Shown here: positions 31,357 through 44,270 of the stretch, one piece after another | Layout: every line of letters begins with the position of its first letter | Position numbering within the stretch: the first letter of the stretch is position 1 | Assembly (NCBI GenBank): GCA_025594325.1 | Contig: JANHCV010000001.1 | Location: 2,728,001-2,792,000, forward strand | Reading direction: 5' to 3' | Source of the DNA: Blastocladiella emersonii ATCC 22665 | Lineage: Eukaryota > Fungi > Blastocladiomycota | Length of the DNA stretch: 64,000 bases | Position numbers and translations under genes: made by a program | Notes under the pieces: model-generated | What the model was told of the DNA's origin: nothing | Seen by the model: only the letters and a program-made list of their open reading frames with translations | Database searches by the model: none

Positions 31357-33838
31357 CTACATGCCCAGTGCCTCGCACACGACCTCGTTCCACGTCGCGC
31401 GACCCGGCCCCGCGTCGTCGCCGCCGACCTTGGCCGTAGCCAGGTACACGGTGCCGCCGCCGCCGCCGCGCCCGCCGAGCGCCGTCGCGACGCGCTGCAC
31501 GACGTCGCGCGCCGACACCCTGCCGGTCCCCGCCGTGTGCACGAACGCCGTGACCAGCGTGCGGTACGTCATGACAACAATCTCGCCGCGGCGCAGGCGG
31601 TCCTGGACCACGGCGGTGCGGCGGCGGACGTACGTCGGGTCCATGGCGGGATCGACGTGCTCGACGCGCACGTTGGGCGCGAGGTGGTCCGTAGCCCCAA
31701 CGACCAGCTCGGCCGACGCGACCGCGTTCACCATGCTCGTCACGGAGCGCGCCGAGTCCTTGGTCTGGCGCACCATAGTCTCGACGCGCGCGCGCATCGC
31801 GTCGGGCGATGCCGCAGCCTCCGCGCCGAGCCCCGCCGATGCCGCGGCCGCGAGCGTCGCCTGCATGGCCGCGATGCGCTGCTCGGCCGCGAGCCCCGCG
31901 ACGGCCTCGACGCGGCGCGTGCCGGCGGCGACGCTGCGGTCCGAGAGCACGATGACGGGGAACGCGTCGCGCGCGCGCGCGACGTGGGTGCCCGCGCACA
32001 GCTCGAGCGTGTCGGGCCCGATCCCGACCACGCGCACGTCGCCGTCCGGGTACCGGTCGCCGAACACCATGGCGGCGCCGCGCGCGCGCGCGGCCTCGAT
32101 GGGCTCGTGCGTGATGGCGGTGGCCGAGTCGTCAGCCGCCAGCGCGTTGGCGCGGGACTGGACCGCGATCAGCTGCGCGGCCGTCAGCGCCGCCGTGTGC
32201 GTGAAATCGAACGTCAGCCGCGACGCGTCCACGTGCGACCCGGCCTGCACGACGTGCGGGCCCAGCACGTCGCGCAGCGCGCGGTGCAGGAGGTGCGTCG
32301 CCGAGTGGTGCGCGGCGGTCCGGTGGCGCGTCGCGGCGTCGACCTCGGCCGTGAGCCGGGAGCCGGGGGCGAGCGACGGGAAGGTGCCGGTCGCGGGGTC
32401 GCGCGAGATGGCGATCCCAGGGCCCGAGGGCGTCGCCGCACCGGTCGCTGGGTACCAGGTGAGCGTGCCGTCGGGGGACGTGACGCCGACGCGGCCAACG
32501 TCCGGGACCTGGCCACCGCCGAGCGCGTAGAACGGGGTGCGGTCGACGAGCACGACGAGGGTCGGGTCGGCGGCGGCCGACTTGGACTTTTTGCTCCCAC
32601 TCGTGCGCTTGTTCTTGGCCGCGTCGGTCTCGACGGCGGTATCGGGAGTCGACACTATCGCAGTCACGGTCGCCTCGGTCTCGAGCGTGTCGTAGCCGAC
32701 AAACTGGGTCCCGGCGGCGGCAGCCGGTGCAGCAACCTTGACCGCGCTCGCCTCGGCCGGCACCGGCGCGTCGACAGTCGCCTCACCCGTCGGACTCGCT
32801 CCGCTCGCGATCCGGTGGGCTTCCATGAGCTCCTGTGCGCGAACCGTGTCGACGGACCATCCGCGGTCGCGGGCGAGCCACTCGACGACGTCGAGCGGGA
32901 ACCCGAGCGACGCGTGCATATCGAACGCGACATCGCCAGGAACGACGCGATCGACGGGAGCAGTCCCACCGCGGACGTACTGGTTGACGGCGCGGTCAGC
33001 GCGCGCGAGGAGCGCGCGGAACGCCGCGTCCTCGGCGCGGAGGATCTCGGCGGTCTGGCCGATGCGCGCGTGGAGGTCCGGGAACGCGTCGGCGGGGTAC
33101 ATGTCGAGGACGTGCGGCGCGGCGAGGTCGGCGAGCGGGGTCGGGACGCCGAGGACCGACGCGGCGCGCGTGGCGCGGCGGATGATCTTGCGCAGGACGT
33201 AGCCGCGGTGCACGGCGCTCGGGATCACGCCGTCGGTGAGGAGAAACAGGGCCGCCTTGGTGTGGTCCGCGATCACCTTGGCGAGCGCCGGGTCGGCGGC
33301 CGGGTTGGTCGCGGCGCCGCGGACGGCGGCGACGAGTGGGGCGAACACGTCGGTCGCGTAGTTGTCAAAGGACCCGTCGAGGACCGACAGGATCCGCTCG
33401 AGGCCCATGCCCGTGTCGATGCACGGCACGTCGAGGCGGTCGAGCTGCGCGTTGGGCCCGGTCCCGCCGCGCGAGTAGTGTTCCATGAAGACCACGTTCC
33501 ACACCTCGAGCCACTGGTTCGGGTCGTTGCTGCCGTGGTCCCAGAAGATCTCGGTGCACGGGCCGCACGGGCCGACGTCGCCCATGGACCACCAGTTGTC
33601 GGCGGCGGAGAGGCGGGCGACGGACGCGGCGGGGAGGCCCATGACCGCGGTCCAGATCTCAAACGCCTCGCGGTCCGAGTCGAGGACCGAGACCTTGAGG
33701 TGGTCGCGCGGCAGCTGCAGGACCTCGGTGAGAAACTCCCAGGCGAGGCGGATCGCGGCGCGCTTGTCGTAGGCGCCGAACGAGAAGTTGCCGAGCATCT
33801 CGAAGAAGGTGTGGTGGCGCGGCGTGTACCCGACGTTG

Positions 33839-33873
<35 letters not shown>

Positions 33874-34149
33874 CCGCTGTACCGTCACGGCCGACGGGTA
33901 CGGCGCGGCCTTTGGGTCGAGGAAGTGGGACTTGAACTGGTTCATGCCCGCGTTGGTGAACAGCAGCGACTTGTCGCCGTGCGGGATCAGCGGCGCCGAC
34001 GGGACGTGCCGGTGCCCGTGCTGCGTCGCAAAGTAGTCGACAAAGGCCGCGCGCACCTGGCGCGACCCGAGCGGGCGGCCCAGCGCGCGCGCCGTCGCGG
34101 GAGCTGCTGCTGCTGCACTCGACGCCATGGCGGTTGCAGCGAGTTTCAT
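31357..34149 (-). CDS. alaS: Alanyl-tRNA synthetase, bacterial-type, with a likely mitochondrial presequence; 930 aa, intronless
   Basis: [55 protein letters not shown], editing-site HSATHLLH and ELCAGTH, RRVEAVAG. Ala/Arg-rich N-terminus lacking acidic residues. Confidence 0.95.
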
Positions 34150-34344
34150 GGAGGGCGCGGCGGCCGTGGTTGGTTGATGGTGCGGCGTGATGGAGATCGG
34201 CGCGGATTCGCGTCCTCCGCGCGGGGGTCGCGGAGTTTGGAGGGCACGTGCGACGCGGCAGCTCGCTGTTGGCTCTCGTCGCTTGACGCGGGACGCTTCC
34301 GCTCTCGCTCCTCAGACGCACCACCGCTGCTGCTACGAATCATC

Positions 34345-35054
34345 ATGCTCCGCCGCCTCTACTCGACTGCCGCCTCCAACGCCACGGTGCGTGTGGGCTA
34401 CGGACGGCTTTGATGGACGATGGATGGAGGACTGACGCGCGCGCGGATGACTCGCGGTTCTTGCACCATGTAGCGCACGCGGATCAACCCCGGTACGCCC
34501 GGCCCGCGCCCACGTCGCGGTGTCGCTCGAGTCGCTCATCACCGCGCGTCCGTCCCCTGCGTGTAGTCGGCCTGAACCGCGTCACGCTGCTGGGCCGCGT
34601 CACGGACGCGGTGCGCGCCAACGTGCTGAACAAGGACGACGTGGAGAAGTCGGGTGCGCAGCCGCGGTACGCGACGACCGTCACCATGTCGACGTCCGAC
34701 AAGAAGATTGTGATCGACGGCGAGGGCAAGGAGACGGCGTCGTACCTGAACCAGTACCACAAGGTGGTCACCTTCGACCGCGGCGCGCACGATTTCCTGA
34801 CGACGGCGGTGCGCCCGGGCATGTCGCTGTACGTCGAGGGCAAGCTCGTCACGGAAAAGTACACGGACAAGGAGGGCAACACGCGCTACTCGACGTCGGT
34901 CCAGGCCTCGGCCCCGCACGGCCGCATCGTCATCGTCAACCAGCACGTCCCCGAGGGCTTTGCGCGCGTCGCCGCCGAGAAGGAGGAGCACGCCTCGTCG
35001 GGCTCGTCGGGTTCCGGCCGCGACCACTACACGGGCCAGGAGATCCCGCTGTAA
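34345..35054 (+). CDS. RIM1: Mitochondrial single-stranded DNA-binding protein; exons about 34345-34386, 34474-34492 (19-bp microexon), 34567-35054
   Basis: Presequence MLRRLYSTAA. SSB OB-fold motifs LNRVTLLGRV, YHKVVTF and GMSLYVEGKLVTEKYTDKEGNTRYSTSV. Confidence 0.85.
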
Positions 35055-35264
35055 GCCGGCGAGGGTCCGCTGTTCGAGCCCCGCCGCGCGCGGGCGAGAT
35101 TTTCGTTTTCACCTCGTGTCTCCGACCGCGTCTCATACACCCCCGTTTTACCGAGCGCGTCGCGTCTCATCAAACCGCTGAAGATCCAACGCGTCGGGAA
35201 CTCGTCCTCCCTCGCACTTGATGTCCACACCTCTACCCTCGATGAACGCTAGACACGAAGCAAC

Positions 35265-36213
35265 ATGAATCCGTCCGACGCGGCCGCCGACTTGCTGCAC
35301 ATTGCCGGCCTGGCCTTCCCGGGCATCGACGCCGCGGCCCCGGCACCCGCACCCGCACCGGCCGCGCCCGTTGTGCCCGTACCCGCGCCGACACCTACCC
35401 CGGCGCCAGTGGCAGCGACGGCCGGGCCGACGTACCGCCTCGAGATCCTGCAGCAGCCCGTGCACTGCCGCGTGTGCGGGTACAACGAAAAGGACCGCCG
35501 CCCCGTCGACCCACCGGTCGTCCTGCAGCTCGTCGCCGCGAGCGACACGGCGGCCGCCGACCTGCTCGAGGACCCGAACCACTGCGCGCTCGTGGCGCAC
35601 GCGACGCTGTGGTCCGAGGACGGCGCCGTCGAGGTGACGACGGGCACCGAGGAGGACGCGCTGGCGCTGGCCACGTCCGCTGCCGCCACTGGCGTCGCGA
35701 CACGCTCGCTGATGGGCTCGCTCGTGGCCAGCGGGCTGCGGCTCCTCGGGCTCGACGGCCGGCCGGGCATCTTCTTTGCGTTCCACGACCTCAGCGTGCG
35801 CGTCGAGGGCCGGTTCCGCCTGCGGTTCGCGCTGTTTGACGTGCGCGCCGCGGGTACGGGCGGCGGCGCGGAGAGCGGGGCCGAGTCGGACTCGGGCGAC
35901 GACGAGGGCGGCGCGCCCGAGATCGCGGCCGTTATGACCGACGTGTTCACGTCGTACGCGGCCAAGCGGTTCCCCGGCATGATGCGTACGTCGTGATGTG
36001 GATCGAGGCGCTAAGTGGGGAGAGCTGACGCGACGCGGATGTGTAGAATCGACGGCCCTCAGCAAACACTTCCGCAGCCAGGGCGTCAAGGTGCCGACGC
36101 GCGCCGAGGCGCGCCGCGAGACCCCGGCCAAGCGGCGGCTGCGCGGCGGCGGGGACGCGTCGTCGGCCGCCGACGGCGAGACCACGGCGCTCGACGACGA
36201 GTACGACGAGTAG
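35265..36213 (+). CDS. Velvet-domain transcription factor; intron 35986-36046
   Basis: YRLEILQQPVHCRVCGYNEKDRRPVDPP, FFAFHDLSVRVEGRFRLRFALFD, F..Y.AKRFPGMM|QSTALSKHFRSQGVKVP. Confidence 0.9.
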
Positions 36214-36402
36214 CGGCCCAAGAATGAAGTGGGGGAGGTAAATTGATGGTTCTCATTCCGTTACAGTCTGCTCTTGCGTTCTCGTTTGGGGTTGGGTGTG
36301 ATGGTGGGGGGATAAGATAGGAAGGGGGGAAGAGGGACTCTGTCTGTACACGTCGGCGGACCAGCTCAGCGACGGTGACGGCGACGGCGCGCGCGCGCTT
36401 GC

Positions 36403-38480
36403 TCACCGATCGAGCCGGAAGGTCATGTCGAGGGCGCGCAGCTGGCGGCCGTCCTCGAGGTGCAGCCGCTCGTAGCGCAGGTGCGGCGCCGCGCGCGACC
36501 GCTCGCGCGCCTCGTGGTCGACCTCGGGCAGCTGCACGAGCGACGCCGCCGCCGCCGAGGTGGAGGCCGAGGCCGCGCTGCCGGGACCCGTCACGTCGGG
36601 CCGCAGCGCCGGCAGCTTGAAGTCGGCGAACAGCGTGTTCGGTTTACCGACCAGGTCCGCGGTGGAAGAGGAGGAGACGGGTCCGGCGCCCGTGACCATC
36701 GTGCCGCCGGGACTCGCGCCGGAGCTCGGCGGGCCCGACGCGTGCTCGGCAACGGCCGCGGGCGCGAGCTGCGGTTGTGGCGGGAAGACGGCGGCGCCGA
36801 TGGGCGCGTTGACGAAGGCGGCGAACCCGGCCGCCGCGACGTTGCCGCTGGACGGGTACTCGTCGAGCGTCGCGAGCGACGGCTGCTGTTGCTGCTGCTG
36901 GAAGTACTGGTGGTGCTGGTGGTGGTGCATCATCATGGCCGAGGTCGGCGACGGCTGGCGGTCCACGGCCATGGCCATCCCCGACGCCGACGCGGAGGCC
37001 GGGTTGCGGAACGGGTAGGTGGAGATCTGCGTGGCCGAGTACCCTGGCTCGTAGGGATGTCGTGGCGGGATCCCGCCGTTGATGGTCGGCGGCATCGACA
37101 CAGGCACAGGCACGGGCGCGAGCGCCAGCGCTCGTGGTGGCGGTGGCGGGACCGGCGCGTACCCGTCCTCGGCGGCGGTCGGGACGTGGTACGGCGGGTA
37201 CTGGTGGTGCATCGGCGGCGGCTGGTGCGCGTGCGGGTGCGCGTGGTGATGCGGCGCGTAGCCAGGGGCAGTGGGTCCGCGCGAGTAGGGCGAGGCACGG
37301 CGCTCGACGCTGGACCCGCGGCGGTACGCGAGCGAGTGGGGTGGTGGTGGCGCGGGCGCGGACACGGCGTGGTGGTGATGGTGTGGGAGGTACCCGGCGC
37401 TGGCGGGCGGCATCTGGGCCGGATGCACGCCCATCATGGCGTCCTGCGACGGCATGGGCGGCGGCGCGATCGCGTGCGCGTGCGCGTGCGGGTGGTGCAT
37501 CTGCGGGGCGAGGACCATGCCGCCGGGCACGAGGAGCGGGTGGCGCGTAGCCGACTTGCGCGAGAGCGCGACGGGCACGTCGTTGCCGGCAAAGTAGATG
37601 GCGGGCACGTCGAGCGTCGCGATCCGCTCGTCGGCGTCGATGGTCGGCAGGCGCGCCGCGTCGTCCTCGGAAAAGTAGGAGATGAGGCGCAGCTTCTGGC
37701 CGTACAGCGTCGCGAGCGACAGCGCGCGCTTCTTGAGCAGCGTGCGGCGCGGCGGCGCCCCCGAGGTCGACGGCGCGGCCGACTGCGACGCGCGCCGGCG
37801 GCCGGGCGTCGTCGCGGCCGACGAGGAGCCCGTGGCCGACACCTCATCGGCGGCGGGGCCCGGCGACGTGCTGGCGCGGTTGGCCGCGTCGGCGTCGGTC
37901 GGCGGCGCGTTCGGGTTGGACGCGGCGAAGGCGAGGTCGGCGGGCGAGCCCTCGAGCTCCTTGTACTCGAGGAAGTGGCCCTTCATGCGCGACGACGACC
38001 ACAGGCGCGAGTCGGCCCAGCGGCGCACCTACACGACGATGATGGCGGTGATGATGGGAGGAGGGTTGACGCACGATGAGTCACGGATCGCGCGGAGTGT
38101 CTCGGGCGGGGTCGGCAGGGAGAACGCGCAAACACGCGTGCGTGGGAGCGGCCGGCGCGCGTCACCGCAGCGGCAGGCACGCGCGGGCGAGAACAAGGGG
38201 CGGGCAACCCGGTGGCCCGCGCAAGGCACGAGCTCTAGCCCGCGCACTACGCCACAGACTGCCCCGCAGCTGGCCGTATCATCACCACCACACGAGGGAG
38301 ATCGTAGCGTACCTGAGATTCGCTCTCCTCGAACACAAACGTCGCGCCCGAGCGCACCAGCGAACTCCGCTCCTCGTCCGTGAGCCGCCGCGTCACGCGC
38401 GGCAGGATGCCGCTGCGCGCCGCCTCGACGATGCGCAGCGCGTCGTCCAGCGATCGCACCAGGCCGTACCAGGTCTCCAT
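36403..38480 (-). CDS. Gti1/Pac2 (WOPR) family transcription regulator; intron 38029-38312
   Basis: METWYGLVRSLDDALRIVEAARSGILPRVTRRLTDEERS.LVRSGATFVFEESES|.VRRWADSRLWSSSRMKGHFLEYKEL, then LLKKRALS and LRLISYF. Confidence 0.9.
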
Positions 38481-40122
38481 GGCGGCGAGGTGGCGACGTC
38501 GTTGGGGGTGTTGCAGCGAGTCGGGATCGTGGGGAGACGCGTCCGTGGCTGGTCGGTTGGTGGGCACGGCACGGGCGACGCAGCGATGGCGGATGGAGAA
38601 GGAGTGGAGAGTGTGGAGATTGCAAGGGGAGAGAGAGAAATGAGCGCGGCGGGTGTTGCCGGATGAGCGGGGAGCGGGGACAAAGGGCCGGGCGCGGCGC
38701 GCGGGACGCGATTGATTGCGTGCGATTGAACTCGCGGGGCGGCACGGCAGGGCAGGGCGTCTTTCGTGCAGCCGAGTGCGTGAACGAGCGAGCGCGAACG
38801 GTGTGCGTGTGCGATGGCGGGGGGAGCGGGGGCCGGGGGCCGCGCGACGAGCGATGCGGGTGTGGCCGTGAACAAGCGAAGCGAAGCGCGGCGGGTGGGG
38901 GACACGCGAGGCAGGTGGCGCGACGCCGGGATTAGCACGGCGCAAAGTTGGCCTTGACTACGTTGCAGGAAGTAGGAAATGGAGAGCAGGGAGTCCCGCG
39001 CGGGGATCCAGGAGTTTTGAGCCGCGGGTCCGGGTCGAGCGTCGAGACGATGAACGAGATCGCTCGCTTTACACTCAAACCGCCCGCACACAAGGCACAC
39101 GCGCCAAGTCCGGTGGCGCAGCCAAGTTCCCTCGGCGCAGCCTTGTTGTTCGCGGACCCCCTCCAGCCCGCGAGCTCTAGCCTGGCTTTGCGCGATGACC
39201 GAACAAGGGCCGAGGGCGCGCGGCGCCCTCGATGTCCACCACCGCGACCGCGGGCTTCGCTCCGCCGGCTGCTACACACTGCTGTCCGCCAACTACACTA
39301 CGGCGGGGATTCAGCCCTGCCCATTTGATGCCTTGCAGCGGCTGCGGAGATTATCCCCGTCGATTGACCACGGTCTGCGCCATCGTGCTCTCATCGGACT
39401 CGGATTGCCGCTGCGGTCAACGCACCTTGTGCCACCTCTCCCATACGTGTGCCCTCTAATAGCACGCGCGTCCGCGGGCTACAGGGTCTCGACCTGGGTT
39501 CCGGCCACGCGCAAGACGCGAGGCACGCGAGGCACGACGTAATCGCGAAAATGTCTCACATCACGTGCGCTGGAGACACAGCGACGCGTTTCAGGCCGCA
39601 CGTGCGGGCCGTGATCCCGTGTCGCTCGCGGGCAGAATGGAGCGCCCTTGATCGCACACTAATTTATATATCGTCGCACGGTATCGAATATGTACTCGAG
39701 ACAGGGGGGGTATCTTGAGGCACACGGTCAGTCACCCGGGAAGGTTGCCTTCGGACCCTCATGGTTGGCCGCTCCCGTGCTCGGGCAAGACTTGAACGGA
39801 GGACGATAGTCACTTCGCGTCGTGCTACGCATCGTGGCACCTCGGAGTGTGAGAGATCGAACCGCGGCCATGGGGTGTGAGACGCCGGAAGTGGGGGCGG
39901 CGTGGAGTGCCGCCGGCGGTCGCGGTTGCGCCACCCACGCGAGCGGCCGCCGCCGCCGCCGTCGCCGTCGCCAAGTCGCTGCTGCCCCCGGTCTCGCGCC
40001 GCACTTGAATTGCGAAGTTGCACACTACACCTCCTGCACTTGCGAGCCCCGCGTGCAGGGACTCCGATCATCTCGCGGCGCCACTCCTGCGCCCGCCCGC
40101 CGCCGCCGTGTCCGCCGCCGCC

Positions 40123-42754
40123 ATGTCGCCGGCGCCCGCTGCGGCCACTCCGGCCGCCATGGCCGCCCACCACGTCCCACCACGATCGGGGCCGTCTCGG
40201 GCGACTGCTGCTGCTGCTGCCGCTGCCGCCAAGTCCGCGGCCGCCGCCACCAAGCGCACGCCGGCTGCGGCCGCCCGCTCGGCCTACGTGCGCGCCGACG
40301 GTCTCGCGCGCCGCCGCTGGCGCCGTATGCTGCGCTGGCTTGGGATCCGTCGCCGCCCGCGCGCCGTGGTCTCCCGCTCCGCGTTCGCGCCGTGGTCGTG
40401 GCTCACGGGGGCCGCCGGCACCACGGTCCGTCGCGTCCTGGCCCTCAACGATCGCGACGTCGAGGACCTCAAGAAGCTGTTCCCGCCCGTGGCCTCGCTC
40501 ATCTCGATCCTGCTGGTCCTCGTCGGCCCGATCTTCATGCCCGCCGTCTACACGGCCGTGTGCTGCGCCTTCTTCTCGCTGATCTTGTTCGTCAACTACT
40601 CGCACATCTTCCGCTACGTCGCCGTCCTCTTCCGCTTGCGGAAGGTCGTGACCGAGTGGGGTACGGTCGTCCCATCACGGCTCGCGCCTTTATGCAGGCA
40701 GGCTCACCGTCCGCAACCCTGCCGCCGCCTTCCTGGCACGTGTAGCCGCCAACCCGCGCTCCAAGGTGCCCTTCCACCACGTCCACGCCGTGATCCTGCC
40801 GCAGTACCAGGAGCCGCTCCCGCTGCTCCGCAACACGCTGCGCCAGCTCGCCCGCCACCGCGCCGCGCGCGAGCACTACATCATTGTGCTGGCCATGGAG
40901 GCCGCCGAGGGCCCCGACGCCGAGACCAAGGCCGCCGCGCTGCGCGCCGAGTTTGGCGACCGGTTCCACACCGTCATGGCCACCATGCACCCGGCCAACC
41001 TCCCCGGCGAGTGCCGCGGCAAGGGCCCCAACGTGGCGTGGGCCGCCGACCAGGTCGACCGCCACGTCCGCGCCGCGGGCATCGACGCGTCGCGCGTCAT
41101 CCTGACCATCGCCGATGCCGACGCGGGCATCCCCGAGCTCTACTTCTGCGAGCTCGAGCGCGAGATGGCCGAGAACCCGGCCCACGGCGCGCGCCCGCTC
41201 GTCGACACCCAGTACCGCGTCTTCTGCCCGCCCATCTTCTTTGCCCGCAACACCACCGCCGTCCCCGCCGTCGTGCGCACCACCGACGCCGCGTGGTCCA
41301 TCGCATTTATGCAGAACCTCGGGTCCGCGCGCGGCCTGCACTTCCCGTGCTCGAGCTACTCGGTCACGCTCCCGCTCGCGCGCCACGTTGGCGGGTGGGA
41401 CACGACCGCCGACGCGATTGGCGAGGACATGCACATGTTCCTCAAGTGCTTCTACCACACGCGCGGTCTCGCCCGCGCTACGCCGATCCATGTCCCCATC
41501 AACCTCGCCAACGTCCAGGCCGCCACCTACTCGGGCACCCTCGCCTCGCGGTTCACCCAGGCGCGCCGCCACTTTGCCGGATCCGCCGACTCGCTGTACG
41601 CGCTGCGCCACACGTTCTGGCCCGAGGCCCAGGGCCCGCTCTCGCCCGCGCTGCCCACGCGCGCCAACCCGCAGGGCCACTGCGTCGTCGTGCCGGCGGC
41701 GGGCGACGCGGACGAGGACGACGAGGATCTCGACGAGCTCGACTTTGCCGCCGCCGACGACGCCGAGACCGGGTCCGTGTCGTCGGTCGTCTACGACTAC
41801 GGCAGCTACCAGTTCGACCGCGTGCTCCTTCTCCTGCACGTCTTCGAGGCGCATCTCGTCCCCGCGACCACCTGGCTCGCGCTGCTCGGTCTCCCTATCG
41901 TGCCGCTCACCAACCCGACGCTCGCCGCCACCCCCGCGTTCGCGACCTACCTGACCACCCTCTCCATCTTCATGCTCCTGCCGTACCTGTCCATGGTGCT
42001 GCTGTACGAGTACGCGCACCGGCTCCTCGCTCGCACCGGCATGCTCGGCGACGATCTCGCCGCCGCGCGCGCCACGCGCCACTGGTCGCACGTCTTTGAC
42101 TGGCTCCTGCTCCCGATCAGCGCCATCGCGTACGTCGCCGCCCCCGCCACGTCGCACTGCGCCAACGTGTTCCGCATCCTCGTCCTCCGCCGCGGCGCCA
42201 AGGAGTTCACGTACGTGGTCGCCGAGAAGGGGCTCGTGTCGTCGTCCGACGACGATACCATCGCGCTCGAGTCGGTCGCGGTCGCGCCCACGGTCCCGCC
42301 AGTACCCGTCGCGGGTGCTGCTTCGAGCCGTCCCGCGGGTCTCGCTCGGCCGTCAGCGCCGCTCTCGGACGCGGACTCGGCCGTCGGCGACGACGATTCC
42401 GGGTTCAGCTCCATCTCGGCCGCCTCGACGCCCGGCGCCGCGCTGTCGCCCTCGCCAGCACCACCGGGCGCAGTCCCGCTGCTCCCGCCAGCGCTCTCGG
42501 GGATCGATGCGCTCTCGCCGCTCATCCGCGACAGCCGGCGCGGGCACTCCAAGCAGGCGTCGACCGACTCGGGATTCGCAGAACTCGACGCGGCAAGGGA
42601 CCGGTCCGCGGCCGCCGCGCGGTGGGTGGCGCGCGTCGCGTCGCTGCTTGAGTCCTCGTCGCCGCGGGATCCCGAGTCGTCGCCATCGCCGCAGCAGCAG
42701 CGACATCCGGCGGCGGCGGGGATCCCCGCCAGCGCGGCGCCAGTGACTGTATAG
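40123..42754 (+). CDS. Membrane-bound family-2-like glycosyltransferase; intron 40661-40745
   Basis: N-terminal TM helices, then HAVILPQYQE, LAMEAAE, PGECRGKGPNVAWA, ADAD, IGEDMHMFLK and QARRH, then C-terminal TM helices. Confidence 0.8.
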
Positions 42755-42865
42755 AATGGCGCCCCAAGATGACGGACGGAAATTGTTACCTTCTTTTTGA
42801 TATAGTTTGATCGTTTTATGCACGAGTAACTAGTCATGGTGGGCCCGCCCTCGACGCAGCCCGCG

Positions 42866-43992
42866 CTACACGAGCTGCGACGTGATGTACGCGATGAGCG
42901 CGAGCAGGATGCACAGCAGCACGCAGTTGACGAGGAACTTGTCGCCCTTCATGACACCGTCCAGCGCTTCCTTCATCTTGAGGTTCACGTTCTGGACGTG
43001 CTCGTTGGCCTTGTCGACCTTGGCATCGATCGTGTCCAGCATCTCGTTCTGCTTGTCGAGCTCGTCGCCCATCTGGATCGCAATCTGCTTGATCACCTGC
43101 ACGCCCGCCGAGATCTCGTCGAGCTCCTGGTCAATGTCCATGTTGCGCTGCCGGATCAGCGCCAGGTCCTCGGCCACCTCGATGTCGGGCAGCTCCTGAG
43201 AACCCGACGACGCGCCACCTGGGCCTGGTGGCGCCATGCCCGGCGACACGCTGCTCGCGCCCGCGGCAAACTTGTTGAACTCTACACGAAGCGAACGAGT
43301 CGGGTCAGACTTGACGATGGCCATGGTCAAGCGCAGCGACACGTACTCAGCGCGCTGCTTGGAGACGTGGCCCCGCCAATCCCGCTGCTGACGAACAGGT
43401 TGGCTCGGTCGCCGGCGAGCTTATCGTTGAACCGCGCGCGGTCGAGGTTCTCGCACTCTTCGAGGTGCTGGTTGCACAGCTGCACAATCTCCTTGCGCGA
43501 GTCGAGGATCTCCTGCAGGTCGGGCTTGTTCTTGCCCTTGATCTACCATGGCCGCGAAGTGTCAGAGCCATGGCCGGTTCGGGTGCAAGTGCGAGGGGAA
43601 TGTGTGTACCTTCTTCTCGGCCTTCTTCACGATCCCGTCGAGCACCGTGATGTCCTCCTTGATCGCCTTGAGCTGCGATCGGATCTTGAACGACATCTCG
43701 GCCGTCTCGGTCCCAGACCCAACGCCCTTCTTGGACGTCTTGTCGGCCTTGAGGATGTCGTTGCGCTGCTTGACCATCTGGACTCGTCGAGCGCGCGCAC
43801 AGTTCAGTAACGCGTCCACCCACGCCGTCGCGAGACACGGCTCCGCACCTCGCGCACGATCTTGACGTTGGCGGCAATCTGCTTCTTGACGCGCGTGAAC
43901 TCGTCGGCGTCGGGCTTCTCGGTCTGCTCCTGCGGGACGCAGGCCGCATGGATCACCGTCAACCGCTTCATGGCATCTTTCATGGACGTCAT
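42866..43992 (-). CDS. SYP7: Qc-SNARE of the SYP7 type; about 4 exons
   Basis: N-terminal helical region, ELPDI, SNARE motif IDQELDEISAGVQVIKQIAIQMGDELDKQNEMLDTIDAKVDKA, and C-terminal TM FLVNCVLLCILLALIAYI. Subfamily assignment by motif resemblance. Confidence 0.75.
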
Positions 43993-44270
43993 TTTGGCGG
44001 GCGGGCGGCGGGGTTGGTTCGTCTGTGTCTACGTTGCAGTGGGTGGTGGAAGTCGAGTCAAGAGTCCAGCTCCTGACTTTTGTGGTGCAGGGAGAGCGAG
44101 GGTCCGGGGTGAAGTGCCGAATCGGCCAGTGCGGGAGGAGGCGAGCGAGACGCGTCGCGCGACGCGTCTCGCGTCACATGATGTCTCCGCCGAAATGTCT
44201 CATGCCTCGCTTTCGCTTCACCTCGTCGCTTCGCCTCACATGCAAGTCCGATGCTGTTAGCGGAACGAGT

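Noticed and set aside
38481-40122. Hidden gene or Helitron end in the WOPR-GT2 intergenic region
   Set aside because: No coding-like codon pattern, and no hairpin-plus-CTRR terminus or TIR/TSD. It is best read as a divergent promoter region.
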